Part shown: one piece after another, positions 1 to 12,330 of the stretch
How the letters are laid out: every line of letters starts with the position of its first letter
Position numbering within the stretch: the first letter of the stretch is position 1
Notes under the pieces: model-generated
Told to the model about the DNA's origin: nothing
What the model saw: the letters and a program-made list of their open reading frames with translations, nothing else
Database searches by the model: none
Position numbers and translations under genes: made by a program
Origin: Octopus bimaculoides
Taxonomy: Eukaryota
Assembly (NCBI RefSeq): GCF_001194135.2
Contig: NC_068985.1
Coordinates: 66,760,402 to 66,824,401 of the forward strand
Length of the DNA stretch: 64,000 nucleotides
Direction: 5' to 3'

Positions 1-1392
1 TATGTCAGATTTTGGGTGGTGCATCCTATATCCTGTCATTATTTTTCTTGTTTTCCTGTCTATTTTACATAGTTCGTTTAGTGTCCAGTTAAGGATGTTG
101 TAACTGTAGCTTATAACTGGGACAGCTAAAGTGTTGATACCCATTATCTTGTTTTTAGCGTTCAGCTCTGTTTTTAGTATTGATATAACTCGTCTATAGT
201 ACTCTTTCTTTATTTTTTCTTTCATTTGTGTAAGTTGTATCCTATCTAGTTCATTGACTCCTAAATACTTGTATGGTTGTCTTTCGTCTAGTTCTCTCAT
301 TTCATTGGCTTTATCTAGTGTTATGTTGCTGCTTTTAACAAATTTTCCTGTTTTCAGGGTTGCTTTGGCACATTTTTCTAATCCGAATTTCATTTCTATT
401 TCCTTGGTAAAGCCGTGTACTGTCTGTAGTAGTGTTTCTAGCTCTTTGTCGTTTTTAGCATATAATTTTAGGTCACCCATATATAGAAGGTGGCTGACTG
501 TTTTTCCGTAGCATTTGTAACCGCATCCAGTTCTATTAAGCAATCCTGTTAAAGGTGTGAGTGCCAGGCAGAACAGAAGTGGATAGAGCGTGTCTCCCTG
601 GAATATTCCTCTTCTAATGGAGATGGCTTTCGTTTTCACAAGTCCCTCTTTTGTTTCGAGCTGTAGCACTGGTTGCCATTTGTTCATTGAGTGCCCTATG
701 TATTTTATAATAATTCGTGCCACTTTGTTTATGGCTAGCGTTTCCAGAATCCACGTGTGGGAAACACTGTCGAAGGCCTTTTGGTAGTCCACCCAGGCCA
801 TACTGAGGCCTTTCTTCTTTCTGCGACTCTCTTCAGTTATGGCTTTATTGATCAATAATTGATCTTTACAGCCGTATGAGCCCTTGCAGCATCACTTCTG
901 CTCTTCTGGAAACAGGTTGTTATTTTCCAGGTGTTTACTCAATCTCTGCGATATTATTGCAGTAAAGGCTTTGTAGATCGTAGGGAGACAGGTTGTAGGT
1001 CTATAGTTTTGTGGTTTCTCCGTTTCCGTGGATTTGTGGATTAAGATGGTTTTCCCTTTTGTGAGCCATTCAGGCATTGTCTCTGGCTCTACTAGTATGT
1101 TGTTAAAGTTTTCTGCCAGCTTTTTATGCATTCCTGGCAGGTGTTTTAACCAGAAATTGGGGATCTTGTCGTGTCCAGGTGCCTTCCAGTTGCTTAGTCT
1201 TTGCTGTGTCTGGGTGACCTCTTCAGTTGTTATAGGGGCCCAGAGTTGCTCAGGTGCTAAGTTCGTTGTTTTAATGGTCCTTTTCTGGGGTTGTTGCTTC
1301 ACCGACCATATTTGTTTCCAGAATTTCTCTAGTTCTTCTGCTGTTGGTGCTGCAGTAATGTCTTTTTTATTTTTACCCAGTTCTTGGTAGAG
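1..1392 (-). mobile_element. R4/Dong-clade non-LTR retrotransposon, 5'-truncated RT region (inactivated), runs off the window start
   Basis: Minus-strand translation gives ...PTAEELEKFWKQIWS...WKAPGHDKIPNFWLK...NYRPTTCLPTIYK...EQK*CCKGSYGCKDQLLINKAI...WVDYQKAFDSVSH...GIFQGD...HLLYMGDLKLYAK...YKYLG...RMHHPKSD. There is a premature TGA at ~892 and the catalytic YMDD reads YMGD. The 5' end abuts a (TAA)n array. Confidence 0.9.
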
Positions 1393-1415
1393 TTATTATT
1401 ATTATTATTATTATT
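1393..1415. repeat. (TTA)n/(TAA)n microsatellite between two Dong-like copies
   Basis: ttattattattattattattatt read directly. Confidence 0.95.
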
Positions 1416-1710
1416 TTATGTTTGACTTTTGTTTTGCATTTGTACAAGTTAGATCCAAGTCTCACCCAGAGACCTCAAGAGACAACAAGTTAGAAGTTCA
1501 TGTAGGTGTTATGCCTAGGGTACCATATATTTGGATTTGTACAGTTTTGTTCAAGTGAATGTTTAAGAAACCATAAGAAAATTATGTGTTTGCTTTAAAA
1601 TTTGAGATCACATAGACAGTATTTTACGTAGGATATGGGCAGTTTCCATGAGCACTATCTTTTGAACTTTAGTCATTTTGGGGTTTCCTGGAATGTTACC
1701 AATGTTATGC
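1413..1710 (-). mobile_element. R4/Dong-like element 3' end (ORF C-terminus plus 3'UTR, ending in a TAA tail)
   Basis: Minus strand gives IPGNPKMTKVQKIVLMETAHILRKILSM*, a typical REL-LINE C-terminus. About 215 nt of UTR follows, ending ...gtcaaacataaaat(aat)n. Confidence 0.75.
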
Positions 1711-1859
1711 ATTCACTCATATTTCATGTTTTGCCTTTTCACCAATATATCGATATAATTTCAAGACTTGTCGAATATATTTTATTATGCTATACGCTGG
1801 GTCTTGGGTATGAAACTTAACTTCATCCAGTTCATGACTCCAGTTGGTAAAGTTTGGGT

Positions 1860-4800
1860 TACCGGGAAGAATGGAGTTACTCCGTAGTCGCCATTATTCC
1901 CTCATCAGCTCAGACCCGAGGTGTTAGTACGTATTAGGGTCCCATCTATGGATTAGTCTTAGTGGCAAGGCATATTGAACAGGCTCGACGTGTCAAACCC
2001 TGGGACATGAAATGTCTTGTAGCATCCAGTAGATACCCTAGTCTAGGTAACTGCCACTGTACCACCGAGGGAGGTCTTTGAGCATGATGTTTGAGGTGAG
2101 AAACTCTGATGCAAAACCAACGACCCGAGGACATTGCTGTCACCGTCCCAGCTTCCTGGCTCAGAGCAGTTGCACTCCATATGTATACACTGAATGAAAA
2201 AGCATTAGAGAACTGCTTGCTCTATTGCAGATAAACCTAGAAAAGGTGACCTAAGCAAAACTCCTCTGCCACACCTCCAGTTGGCAAACTGCAGTCAACA
2301 GGCATTTCTCGTGCGGTCGAATGCCATTAAGGATAAAAACATACACAGCTATCTGCAAGGGTGTGAAAAGGCTGCAAATCGCATGCTGGGACATCAGAAT
2401 ATTGCACTGTTCTAATTGCACACGAAATGTCAGGACTGCATGTTGATATCGCTCTCACTAAAGCCCATTATTCAGAGGAAGGCAAGCTAGAAGAGCATAG
2501 CGCCGTGTATACCCTCTACTAGTTAGGCAAACCAGCAGCAAAGAGACGCCTTTTGCGCGTGAGCTTCATTATGAGAAACTCTGTTGCTTCCAAATTTGAA
2601 AATTTGCCAACTGATCATACAGACCGCATCATATCTGTATGCGTTCTACAAAGTAATCAGCAATATGCTCTTCAGTGTGTACTCCACAACTATTGAAGCA
2701 GATCCTGCTGGGCTGCTTTGTCGGATGCTAAATCTGCTCAGCTTCTTTCAAAGTACCCCTGCAAACGTCAAAGTCTTAATCCGAAGTGATTTCAACGGTA
2801 GGATGTTCCGAGATTCTGTCGTCTAGAAAGTAATTGGGCGACATGGCGTAGGTTACAGCAACGACAGCGGACGTCTGCTGATGTCCTCCCAAACACCATT
2901 GTCAGCCAGAAAAACAGGTTGAAGACAACATGGACACTTCCTCAGTTCGAATATTGGCGTCTGAATAAGGTGTGCCAACGTGAAATGAAAGATATTTTGC
3001 ATAGCAGAGTGCATGATATTACACCGAACGTTGCCTTGTTGCTTTCAAACTCAAGCTCCACTTTACAACCAAAACGAAAGAAAGGAGGAACACTCATCAA
3101 AAAGTTAATTATTGACAGTTTCCAGTCAGCTGAAATGAACGTAAACATTCAGGCAGGTCTTTACTCGAATTTTGAAGACGCAAGCGTCTCCACAGTTACC
3201 TCTCCTGAAACACTTTGGGAACAACTCAAAAGTGCCATTCTCTAGACATCTGAGCAAGTACTTCGATTCACCAAAGAAGAACAATGATTGGTTCGAGGAT
3301 AATAATAAGGCAATTCAAATACTGCTGGTGAAGAAGAGATTTACACATCAAGCCCATTTAGCTCAGTCATGTTATCCTGAGAGGAAAGCCGCATTCCATC
3401 TCGTATGTAGTAACCTCCAGCGCAAGCTCAGAACAAATGGTGGACTAAATTGAGAGAACACAGCTATGCGTAGACACTGAAGATACCAGCCGCTTCTACG
3501 AGGCCTTAAATGTAGTGTATACAACTTCGTTTGGGTCCAGAGTCCTTTACATAGTGCAGACGGCCAGGCGCTCCTCACAGATAGAGTGTCCATCATAAGT
3601 CATTTATCACAACATTTCAAGATCGTATTCAGTATTAACCTCAATGTCCATGAATTCTCTGAATTCCCCTACAACTATAAAAAATGGAATTACATGAGTT
3701 GCCCACCATCGAAAATATCACCAAACGCATAGGGCAGCTGCAGAGTGGAAAATCAGCAGAAGTAAATGAAATCACACCAAAACTTTCGAAGCATGGGCGT
3801 CCAGCGTTACGTACAAAACTCCATGAACTATTCGTCTGTTGCTGGATGCAGAGCAAACCGCCAGAAGATCTCCACGTTGCAGTTATCATCAACGGAGAAA
3901 TCCGACCACTCTAATTAGCGAGGGATTACTACATCGCAGGAAAAAGTCTTGTAATGATTCTGCTGAATTGACTGGTTAGTACCTACCATCGCCGAATAAA
4001 AACTTCCAGAGAGCTGGTGTGACTTCATTGTTTACAGGAGCTCGGCACACAAGTTCTCAGGAAGCTCCAAGAGAAGTCCCGGCAGTAAAACAAAGGGCTA
4101 AAAAATGTGGAACAACTCGACTATCCTCCAAAATCCCTGAAACTGGTCTTCGAGGAGCATGAAGACCAGTGTGGTGAAGATAAACTCAACAGTGACCTCT
4201 CAGAGTGCTTTTCGATCAGTAACGGAGGGAAGCAGGATTACGTCCTACCATTTACTCTCTGCACCTTCTTTTTCAGCATGATACTGAAGCAGGCCACAGA
4301 AGATCTTGCTGTTGAGGGCGGAGTCTACATTAAATACTCTTGACGGCAACCTGTTTAACCACTGACTACTACAGCTCCCCCCCCCCCCCGAGAAAGACCC
4401 TGGAATAACTGATNNNNNNNNNNCCCCCCCCCCGAGAAAGACCCTGGAATAACTGATCCGAGACCCCCGCTTTGCCGACAATGCTGCACTTGTGGTCAAC
4501 ACAAAAATCTTAGCAATTCACTTTAAGGAAGTCGGGGGTACTTCAACATTCTGCACTTCGGGAAGAGTATTTCCCTTACAATATCAATATCGGCGAGGCT
4601 GAATTGAAAACGGTCCATCGATTCACCTACCTGGGGTGCACCATCACGTCATATACCAAGGTCGATAGGGAAATCGACAATAGAATAGCAAATATTTTTA
4701 GGTCATTTGGCAGACTGTATAAACGCGTGTGGAATAACAAACACCTGAAAAAAGGGCACCAAGATCAGCGTGTATAGAACCATAGGCAATAGCCCTCCTA

Positions 4801-5025
4801 TATGGCTCAGAGTCGTGGGTAACCTATCATCATCATCTACTACATTTCGAGAGCTTCTCTGGCGTTCCTTTCGTACTATTTTCAACATCCACAGGAGGGA
4901 TTTCATCAGGAATGTTAAAGTTCTTAAACAGGTAGAGGCATGGAAGCCATGCCTCTGAAACCCCAGCTGGGCAAGGCACTTCTTCAGGATGACTTCTGAA
5001 TCTTTATTCGTGAAGCCAAGCCAAG
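1860..5025 (+). mobile_element. RTE-clade (BovB-like) LINE, near full length, heavily degenerate (APE plus RT)
   Basis: APE motifs: RLQIACWDIR (~2368), SVYSTTIEADP and VLIRSDFNGR. Linker DWFEDNNKAIQILL. RT motifs: GGKQDYVLPFTL, FADNAALV (~4470) and FTYLGCTI. The 3' terminus is gaatctttattcgtgaagCCAAGCCAAG. Many stops and frameshifts; the 5' boundary is approximate. Confidence 0.85.
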
Positions 5026-5079
5026 AGGGACGCTAAGTCACCCAGTCTTTGTCTATTTCAGGGTGACTTTATCTATATA

Positions 5080-5607
5080 CAGGGTGATTGAAAAGTAACT
5101 CCTTATTTTAAACTACTTATGAATTATTTATTAATTGTAATTTCTCCAAAAGATGGATATGAGGGGAAAGGTTTAATTATTAGGTTTTATTTAAATTTCG
5201 ATATGGGCTCCAGATTTTGCCACCAGGTTTTGAGTTGCTCAAGAACTGTGTCAACTGATTCCACCAGGAAATCTTGTGGGGTGGAAGACATAACCACTCC
5301 TATTCACCCTACAAGTTCTTCTAAATCTTTGTTTTGGTACAATAGACTTCATGCTTTAACCAACTATAAAGAAAGAAGTCACACGATGGTAAGTTGGGAC
5401 TCCGGACTGGCCACTCATGCGGACCACGACGATTCATCCATTTCCCCGGGGAATGCGCATTCAGCAATTCCCGAATGACAAGGGCAATTCGATCACAGAT
5501 TACATTCTCATACTCCAATAAAGAAACATAAGCAATGGGATAAAAAATTACAATTAATAAATAATTTATAAGTCTGTCAAAATAAGGAGTTACTTTTGAA
5601 TCACTCC

Positions 5608-5608
<1 letters not shown>
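5080..5608 (-). mobile_element. Internally deleted Tc1/mariner-superfamily element (MITE-like, ~530 bp)
   Basis: TIRs cagggtgattgaaaagtaactccttatt (5080) and aataaggagttacttttgaatcactcca (to 5608), with TA on both flanks. The interior encodes a transposase C-terminus, GKWMNRRGPHEWPVRSPNLPSCDFFLYSWLKHEVY (WPPRSPDLTPxDFFLWG-type signature). Confidence 0.9.
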
Positions 5609-5638
<30 letters not shown>

Positions 5639-5667
5639 TGTATGTATGTATGTATGTATGTATGTAT
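5609..5667. repeat. (TATG)n microsatellite
   Basis: Read directly. Confidence 0.95.
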
Positions 5668-6589
5668 TAAACACCCGTCTTGGTCTTTTTATTTTTGTAA
5701 ATTCTCACTATATATATTGCTTATCAATCTTTATTTCGTATACATCACCGAAACAAGGGTTTCGATAAAAGGGACAATAGAATAAGATGTAAAATAAGCT
5801 CAGGGATGTATTTCTTCAACTAAATCCTTCAATCAGAGTTTAACTGAAAAGTACCTTGGCATGAGACAATGATTATGACTATTTGTCATGTGAGGCTATG
5901 CTGAACTGAACAGCCGGTTGTATTGCGATGGGAAATTTTATTTGAAAATCGCTTTAGTTGTGGATATGTAAAGACTGACATGCATGTCATACATATGAAT
6001 TCTTTATACTTCATCGATATAGAAGTGCCTCATATGAAATAACTATTATCACATTAGATGACTGGTTTATACGTGTGTGTATTAGCACGCGCATACTCAC
6101 GTGTGTGTCCGGGTGTGTGTGTGTGAGCGATTGGGTGTGTATGGAACTTTTTTTTCAACTAATTACACTAAACATGTTTTATAAATATTCCTGAATACTT
6201 ATGTCCATTTAATTTTGTAACACAAATCTGCTTTGATTCCTCGTAAAACCCATTCACATTGCGACTGTACTAAATTTAATTGGCATATCTTAAGCAATTT
6301 AACAACCACATCAAATCAAGTCAACAACTCATGTTGTCTATACACTTAGCAATAACGTTCACTCACTTACCGTTTCAAGTCTATTGAATTCATCACTATA
6401 TAACACTCATTATATTTAAGATACTGGAAGAAGAACTTTACACAGACGATTGCCCACGGATTTGGACCCCACAATATAGATGAACTCAGTACATTTTGAC
6501 GTTTAATGTTGCACTGTAATATTTGGTGATTATTCAAAATTACTAAACCGAAATATTACAAAAGTTAGGGCACCAACGATATCATAAGG

Positions 6590-6628
6590 ATGTATGTATG
6601 TATGTATGTATGTATGTATGTATGTATG
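6590..6628. repeat. (TATG)n/(CATA)n array at the 3' end of R4-like element A
   Basis: Read directly. Confidence 0.95.
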
Positions 6629-8239
6629 TTTTTATGCCACTTCTATTTTTTGAAATTTTTATAAATCTTCCTTTGAGGAGGGAGCCGGGTTCCAACAAAG
6701 ATTCCCACTTGGAACTTGAGAAAAGTTCTGCATACTTTTACTGTCCCACTCACAGTTTGCACTTGTTATGTGCGAATTAGTCGATCGATTTCGCTTTCTG
6801 AAAATGACAGTTTATCCAGATTCTCTTTAAGCATTTACTAAAAAAACCTAGTGCTCCAATTATTATTGGTATGACTATGAATTCGTAGTCTGGACATAGA
6901 AGCTGGAGGTTTCGAAGCAGTTGTCCACAGATATCTTTTCCTTTGATTTTCAAAGATATATATATATATCTGCAGGGCAGCTGGCCTCTATGATGGTACA
7001 TTCCTTTGCCCATCTGTCTCAAGCAACAATATCCGGTCTGTTATGTTTACATTTGACAGAAGTTTTGATGTGAATATTCCTCTAGTATTCCTTGAGTTGG
7101 TGTTTGTGAATGTATTCTATAACAGAGGAATTTTCTAAGTTTATTTAAGGACAGTCTTTTCTGTGGATGGCATTGTAAATCGTTTTAGCAACAACATCGT
7201 GCCGCATAGGGAGTTAGTACTGCGATGACATTTTAAGACAGCTGCTAATCACATGCGTGATGTCTTCCACAGAAGATTACACGAGGGATTACAAGAGCGT
7301 CATTGTCTCTCCTGTTCACCAGGTACTTTGTGGTAATCTCCTGTTCCTGGATTGCAAACGCATACGTCTCAAAATGTGATATGATATAGTGATCTTGTGT
7401 CCAGAAAGGCTTCATTTTGCGTCAATTATGTTGTCTTCTTTAAGCTTCCGGGCAACATACCTATGCATAATAGTTTTTTGTATGCTGAGTGCTTTCTATC
7501 TAGGTCTTCTGTGAGATAAGAGAGCCCAGCTGTTTTGGGGCTGTATAGATCATCAGGAAGAATGTGCTTCTTGAGGTGCTCACTGCCAAATCATATAATG
7601 TTGCTCACTTCATTTTTCAGCACTGCGTTTATATATTTATTTTTGCTGCTATTGTTTTGCATGTGCTTCTTGAATGATACCATATGGTATTCGAAGGCTG
7701 TCTGCATTGATCTCGGGCTTCTACCACCTTCATTTCTTCCTAGGTAGAGCCTGTCAACATCACAGTTTCTGTGGAAGTTCCCAGCTGTTGTTAGGATTTT
7801 GCGCGTTTTGATATCTATGGAGTGGATCGTCTTTACAAACCAATCAAGTATCCAAAATGTTGGTATCAGCACTGGTACTGCAAATGCATTGTGGGATATT
7901 GTTTTGTTGTTAGGGGAGAGTTCTGACTGCCATATTTTCCTAAGTCTGGTGTAATATTCTCGCGTCTCAACTTTATTCACAGTGCCTTCATATGATACAT
8001 TTTCTTCTATGCCTGGATACTTGTAACATTCTTTGTGTGGAATGGAGAAGATAGAAAGCCCGTTGGTGCACAGGTTTTGGGTTTGGGAAACTGAGTTTCC
8101 TCGTTGTATAACAAAATATGAATATTTATTTTGGCCAAATTCCATGCCTATATCAGTTGAAAATGTTATTATCCCAGTTGTTTTTTGGCATTGTTCACGC
8201 TTTTAGCATAAATCTTCAGGTCGTCTATAAACAAATTAT
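6629..8239 (-). mobile_element. R4/Dong-clade non-LTR retrotransposon A, 5'-truncated (RT C-half, CCHC knuckle, REL endonuclease, 3'UTR)
   Basis: Minus strand gives DNLFIDDLKIYAK; YKYPGIEENVSY; RLRKIWQSELSPNNK...AFAVPVL; DVDRLYLGRNEGGR; ETYAFAIQEQEI; VEDITHVISSCLKMSSQY*LPMRHDVVAK; PDIVA*DRWAKECTIIEASCPAD; PIIIGALG. It ends ...gtggcataaaaa(cata)n. Confidence 0.9.
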
Positions 8240-8380
8240 CTATGTATGCATGTACGTAAGTATGTATGCATGTACGTATGTATGTATGTATGTATGTATG
8301 TATGTATGTATGTATGTACGTATGCATGTATGTATGTATGTATGTATGTATGTATGTATGTATGTATGTATGTATGTATG
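8240..8380. repeat. Imperfect (TATG)n/(CATA)n array separating R4-like elements A and B
   Basis: Read directly. Confidence 0.95.
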
Positions 8381-8659
8381 CATGCAGATTTGTATGTTTT
8401 GTTTTATGCATGTCTTCTCATGCATATACTTGCATATCTAGACATGCTCATATATATTTAAATGATAAACGTCTGGAAAGCTTTACAGATTACTTTTACA
8501 GTTCAGTGATGGCTTGAATCTGTAGTACTGGAATTAGCTTCCTTCTTAGTGGTTTTGAGAAACCTAATTTCTCAAGATTGGTATTTAGGCAGTGAGTTAC
8601 ATATACCTGTGCTCCAATAATTACACGTAGAGCTTGTAATCTTGATATACTAACAACAG
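8381..8659 (-). mobile_element. R4/Dong-clade element B, short 5'-truncated 3' end (related subfamily)
   Basis: Minus strand gives LLVYQDYKL / VIIGAQVYVTHCLNTNLEKLGFSK...KLIPVLQIQAIT...ICKAFQTFII*. This is homologous to the C-terminus of element A (LCPDYEFIVIPIIIGALG...) but has a different 3'UTR running into (cata)n. A short TATG array lies at 8660-8680 on its 5' side. Confidence 0.75.
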
Positions 8660-10790
8660 ATGTACGTATGTATGTATGTAGTTATACAAGTTTGCATAAA
8701 TAATTACGCATTCTGTCGTCAGGTTTTCAATTAAATTCATTTTCTCATCAAACTGTTATATCTTCATTTAAAAATTTATTAACCAACATATTAAAGAAGA
8801 TTACACTTGGCACTTCTCTGTCGATGCGTTTCATGCTTGAATATGTAAAAAAAGATTATCATTCATGATGAAACTGTATTCTATAGAGGGAAACTTAGAT
8901 ACGATATATATAAATTAAAATGCAGAATAGGATGAATATCCCATATAGAATAACAATATTTTCCAGAGAGTCGTTCTTTCTACAATGTTATTTTGATATA
9001 ATTTTTGAATATTTCAAATCGGCTTCGCTATCTGTCACCTATAATCATTTATTGCTAATTTTATTTTGCTTGTCTGTTTGCCATTTATGCACGTATTTCA
9101 ATTTAGCTATGATTATTAGATTATACTTTTTATATACTCATATATTATTATATACAAACCTGTTTTGCTTCCATCCCATTACTTTTCCAGTTTCCCGCTG
9201 TGTATATCTTCTTTCTTCGCTTTCGTATAAGAACAGTTCGCATGATATCATGTAAATTTATACAACCTTTAATGCAGGTGTGTTAAAAGAAAACATGATA
9301 TAGTACATTATTTTTCCAAAATGCACATGATCAATGTTGAAATATGTTGATTATAAAAGAATATGTTTTCATGCTGATAAAAGTTTTCGCGATTTATGCA
9401 TTACGTGTTTAGAAATGGATACACAGAAAGTTAGATGTACATATTCGTGTATTCTATGTTTACATATTTCCATATGTATGTGTGTTGTGCGTGCGTGTAT
9501 GTGTGATATAGGGGACAGAAAAAAGACTGCGACGTGTTTCCTTGTATTTAGATTTCTATGTATCTTTATAACTGCACATACACGCGCGGACACTCACACA
9601 CATACATATGTACTTGTGTGAGTAAGTATTATATATATATATATANNNNNNNNNNNNNNNNNNNNNNNNNNNNNNNNNNNNNNNNNNNNNNNNNNNNNNN
9701 NNNNNNNNNNNNNNNNNNNNNNNNNNNNNNNNNNNNNNNNNNNNNNNNNNNNNNNNNNNNNNNNNNNNNNNNNNNNNNNNNNNNNNNNNNNNNNNNNNNN
9801 NNNNNNNNNNNNNNNNNNNNNNNNNNNNNNNNNNNNNNNNNNNNNNNNNNNNNNNNNNNNNNNNNNNNNNNNNNNNNNNNNNNNNNNNNNNNNNNNNNNN
9901 NNNNNNNNNNNNNNNNNNNNNNNNNNNNNNNNNNNNNNNNNNNNNNNNNNNNNNNNNNNNNNNNNNNNNNNNNNNNNNNNNNNNNNNNNNNNNNNNNNNN
10001 NNNNNNNNNNNNNNNNNNNNNNNNNNNNNNNNNNNNNNNNNNNNNNNNNNNNNNNNNNNNNNNNNNNNNNNNNNNNNNNNNNNNNNNNNNNNNNNNNNNN
10101 NNNNNNNNNNNNNNNNNNNNNNNNNNNNNNNNNNNNNNNNNNNNNNNNNNNNNNNNNNNNNNNNNNNNNNNNNNNNNNNNNNNNNNNNNNNNNNNNNNNN
10201 NNNNNNNNNNNNNNNNNNNNNNNNNNNNNNNNNNNNNNNNNNNNNNNNNNNNNNNNNNNNNNNNNNNNNNNNNNNNNNNNNNNNNNNNNNNNNNNNNNNN
10301 NNNNNNNNNNNNNNNNNNNNNNNNNNNNNNNNNNNNNNNNNNNNNNNNNNNNNNNNNNNNNNNNNNNNNNNNNNNNNNNNNNNNNNNTATGTTCTCCAGT
10401 CGGCAAGATATACTGCAGTGAATTATTCTCTGCAGAATTGTTTCCGGAATGTGGTGCGCCAGAGATGAGGCATTTTGATAAATAACCCCAATGTAATCGG
10501 TAGAACTGTACGCAAGACTTATTTCATGAAGACAATTCGTCTATAGTTCTCCAAATTATATTGATTCTTGAACGATTGTGCTGATGAGAACACGGATGTT
10601 GCTGCGTAAGTAAAACGTTTATGTTCGAAACAGGTACACAATTAATTCTTTATTCTGTATATTTCTTATTTTGTCTTGTTCTGGTGTTTTGCGAAATTTT
10701 TCTGGAGAACATTATTTTTCTTTGTGATTTGGTGGTTGATGATCTCTTTCTAGCATATTGGATGTCCACTTAGTAGTCATCCCTTCTTAC

Positions 10791-10814
10791 ACACACACAC
10801 ACAGACACACACAC

Positions 10815-10860
<46 letters not shown>
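10791..10860. repeat. (CA)n microsatellite
   Basis: Read directly. Confidence 0.95.
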
Positions 10861-10866
<6 letters not shown>

Positions 10867-11361
10867 GAATGGTGTCAATGAAAAAAATATTTTTTTGAAC
10901 CAACTAATTAGTAAGTTTAAATTAGTATATGGATATTTATGTTATTTCTTTGCATTACTAAATAAATTTAGTATTACATTATATATTATATATAATTCAG
11001 TTGTCTAGTATTAGATTAATATTTACAAATACTATAAAGTGTTCATCTTAAGTATAAAACTATATTAGTATATTCGCTGTTGAATTAAAGTTATAAATTT
11101 AAAATTATATTATTCTTATTTATCTTAAATTATTACAAGCATTTAAATGAAATTTAATAATAATGACATAGAAATAAATTTATAATAGACCTTATAATAT
11201 ACCCTATTGTAATTTAAAATATTTATGTTGTCATATTCCGTATTGCCGGTTCTGTTTTTCGAAAGCATGTTTATGTAAGTTTACAATCATTAACTTACAG
11301 TGGTTTATTTGCTCCTGAAAAACTAAGTAAATTTCTGTTTTCTTATTTATAATTAGTAAAA

Positions 11362-11460
11362 ATAATGATTATCGTAGTGCATAATGATTATAGTAGTGCA
11401 TAATTCTTATAGTAGTGTATGATGATTATAGTAGTCCATGATGATTATAGTAGTGCATAA
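11362..11460. repeat. 19-bp minisatellite, ~5.2 copies (ataatgattatagtagtgc)
   Basis: Units start at 11362, 11381, 11400, 11419 and 11438, with a partial unit at 11457. Confidence 0.9.
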
Positions 11461-12330
11461 TCTATACTATAAATTGCAGTGTTCTTGATTGCTTGATTGC
11501 TTGATTGATTGATTGATTGTTGGCAGATTCACTCGAGAACGGTGCAGTGGAATCGCGTGAAATTCAGCACAGAGTGGCAGCATGGTCCGCTCATGTTCAG
11601 GAGATTTTTATTGTCCTCCGACTCCCATGGTTACCGAGATAATCGATTATTACTTTTTAAGATAGGAATATCCCATTCAAAGTGGGGAGGGGCGATTTTG
11701 TTGCCTTTCACATGCGCGAAATTTTACGAAAAACCAGCACAATAAAGGTTATTATTTTCCAAGTAATGTGGCTGGGTTTGTTTTTCGAAAATTTTAATCA
11801 GAGGCACAGAAAAAAAAATTCAATTTTTTGTGCATTAAAAAGCCAAAGCTGTTAGACGCTGGCATACAACGATCGATATATACGCAGTGAACGTTTTCTC
11901 CATTTGCGTGCAATAAGGCTTAGGGCAAGCGAGTTTAACATCGAAATAACTTTAAAGGAATGCATGTGGGAATGCCGTTATAATGAATGCTCATTTAAAT
12001 GTATTTTGCATGGAGTTGATGTACTTTTTAACAGGAGAATAGTGCCTGCAGGCTGGTTCTTCTCAAGTTTATGCATTTTCAGGTTCAATGTGTTTCAAAT
12101 AAGTACTGACAATTGAAGGTGATTGCAAAGACAAAGAACTACCTGTTTTTTTTTTTAACAATTTTAACAGTGAAAACATTGGACAAAATATGTTATTAAC
12201 ATTAATAATTTGTACCTCAGCTAATTACTGTTGAGAACTGCATAATCCATGTGTCATGTTAGAGACCTAAAAGGCATTTTCGAATTTCATTATTTTCTTT
12301 AATCCAGGCAACGCTGGATATTTCTGCTAG
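11461..12330 (+). mobile_element. Non-autonomous Helitron with both termini
   Basis: 5' A|TCTATACTAT; (GATT)n microsatellite near the 5' end; 3' subterminal hairpin ATCCAG-gcaacg-CTGGAT (12302-12319); CTAG|T terminus at 12327-12331; no TSD. Confidence 0.8.

Noticed and set aside
4377-4457. Apparent direct duplication of cccc-gagaaagaccctggaataactgat inside the RTE
   Set aside because: The two copies sit on either side of a 10-N gap and begin with poly-C. This is typical of an unmerged contig overlap, not biology.
6371-6513. Minus-strand exon candidate (attacAG...ACG|GTAAGT) with one open frame
   Set aside because: The peptide is unrecognisable and one open frame in 143 nt is not rare. Similar candidates occur on both strands, indicating chance level.
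11362-11460. Regularly spaced repeats as a CRISPR-like array
   Set aside because: The 19-bp units are head-to-tail with no unique spacers, the context is eukaryotic and there are no cas genes.
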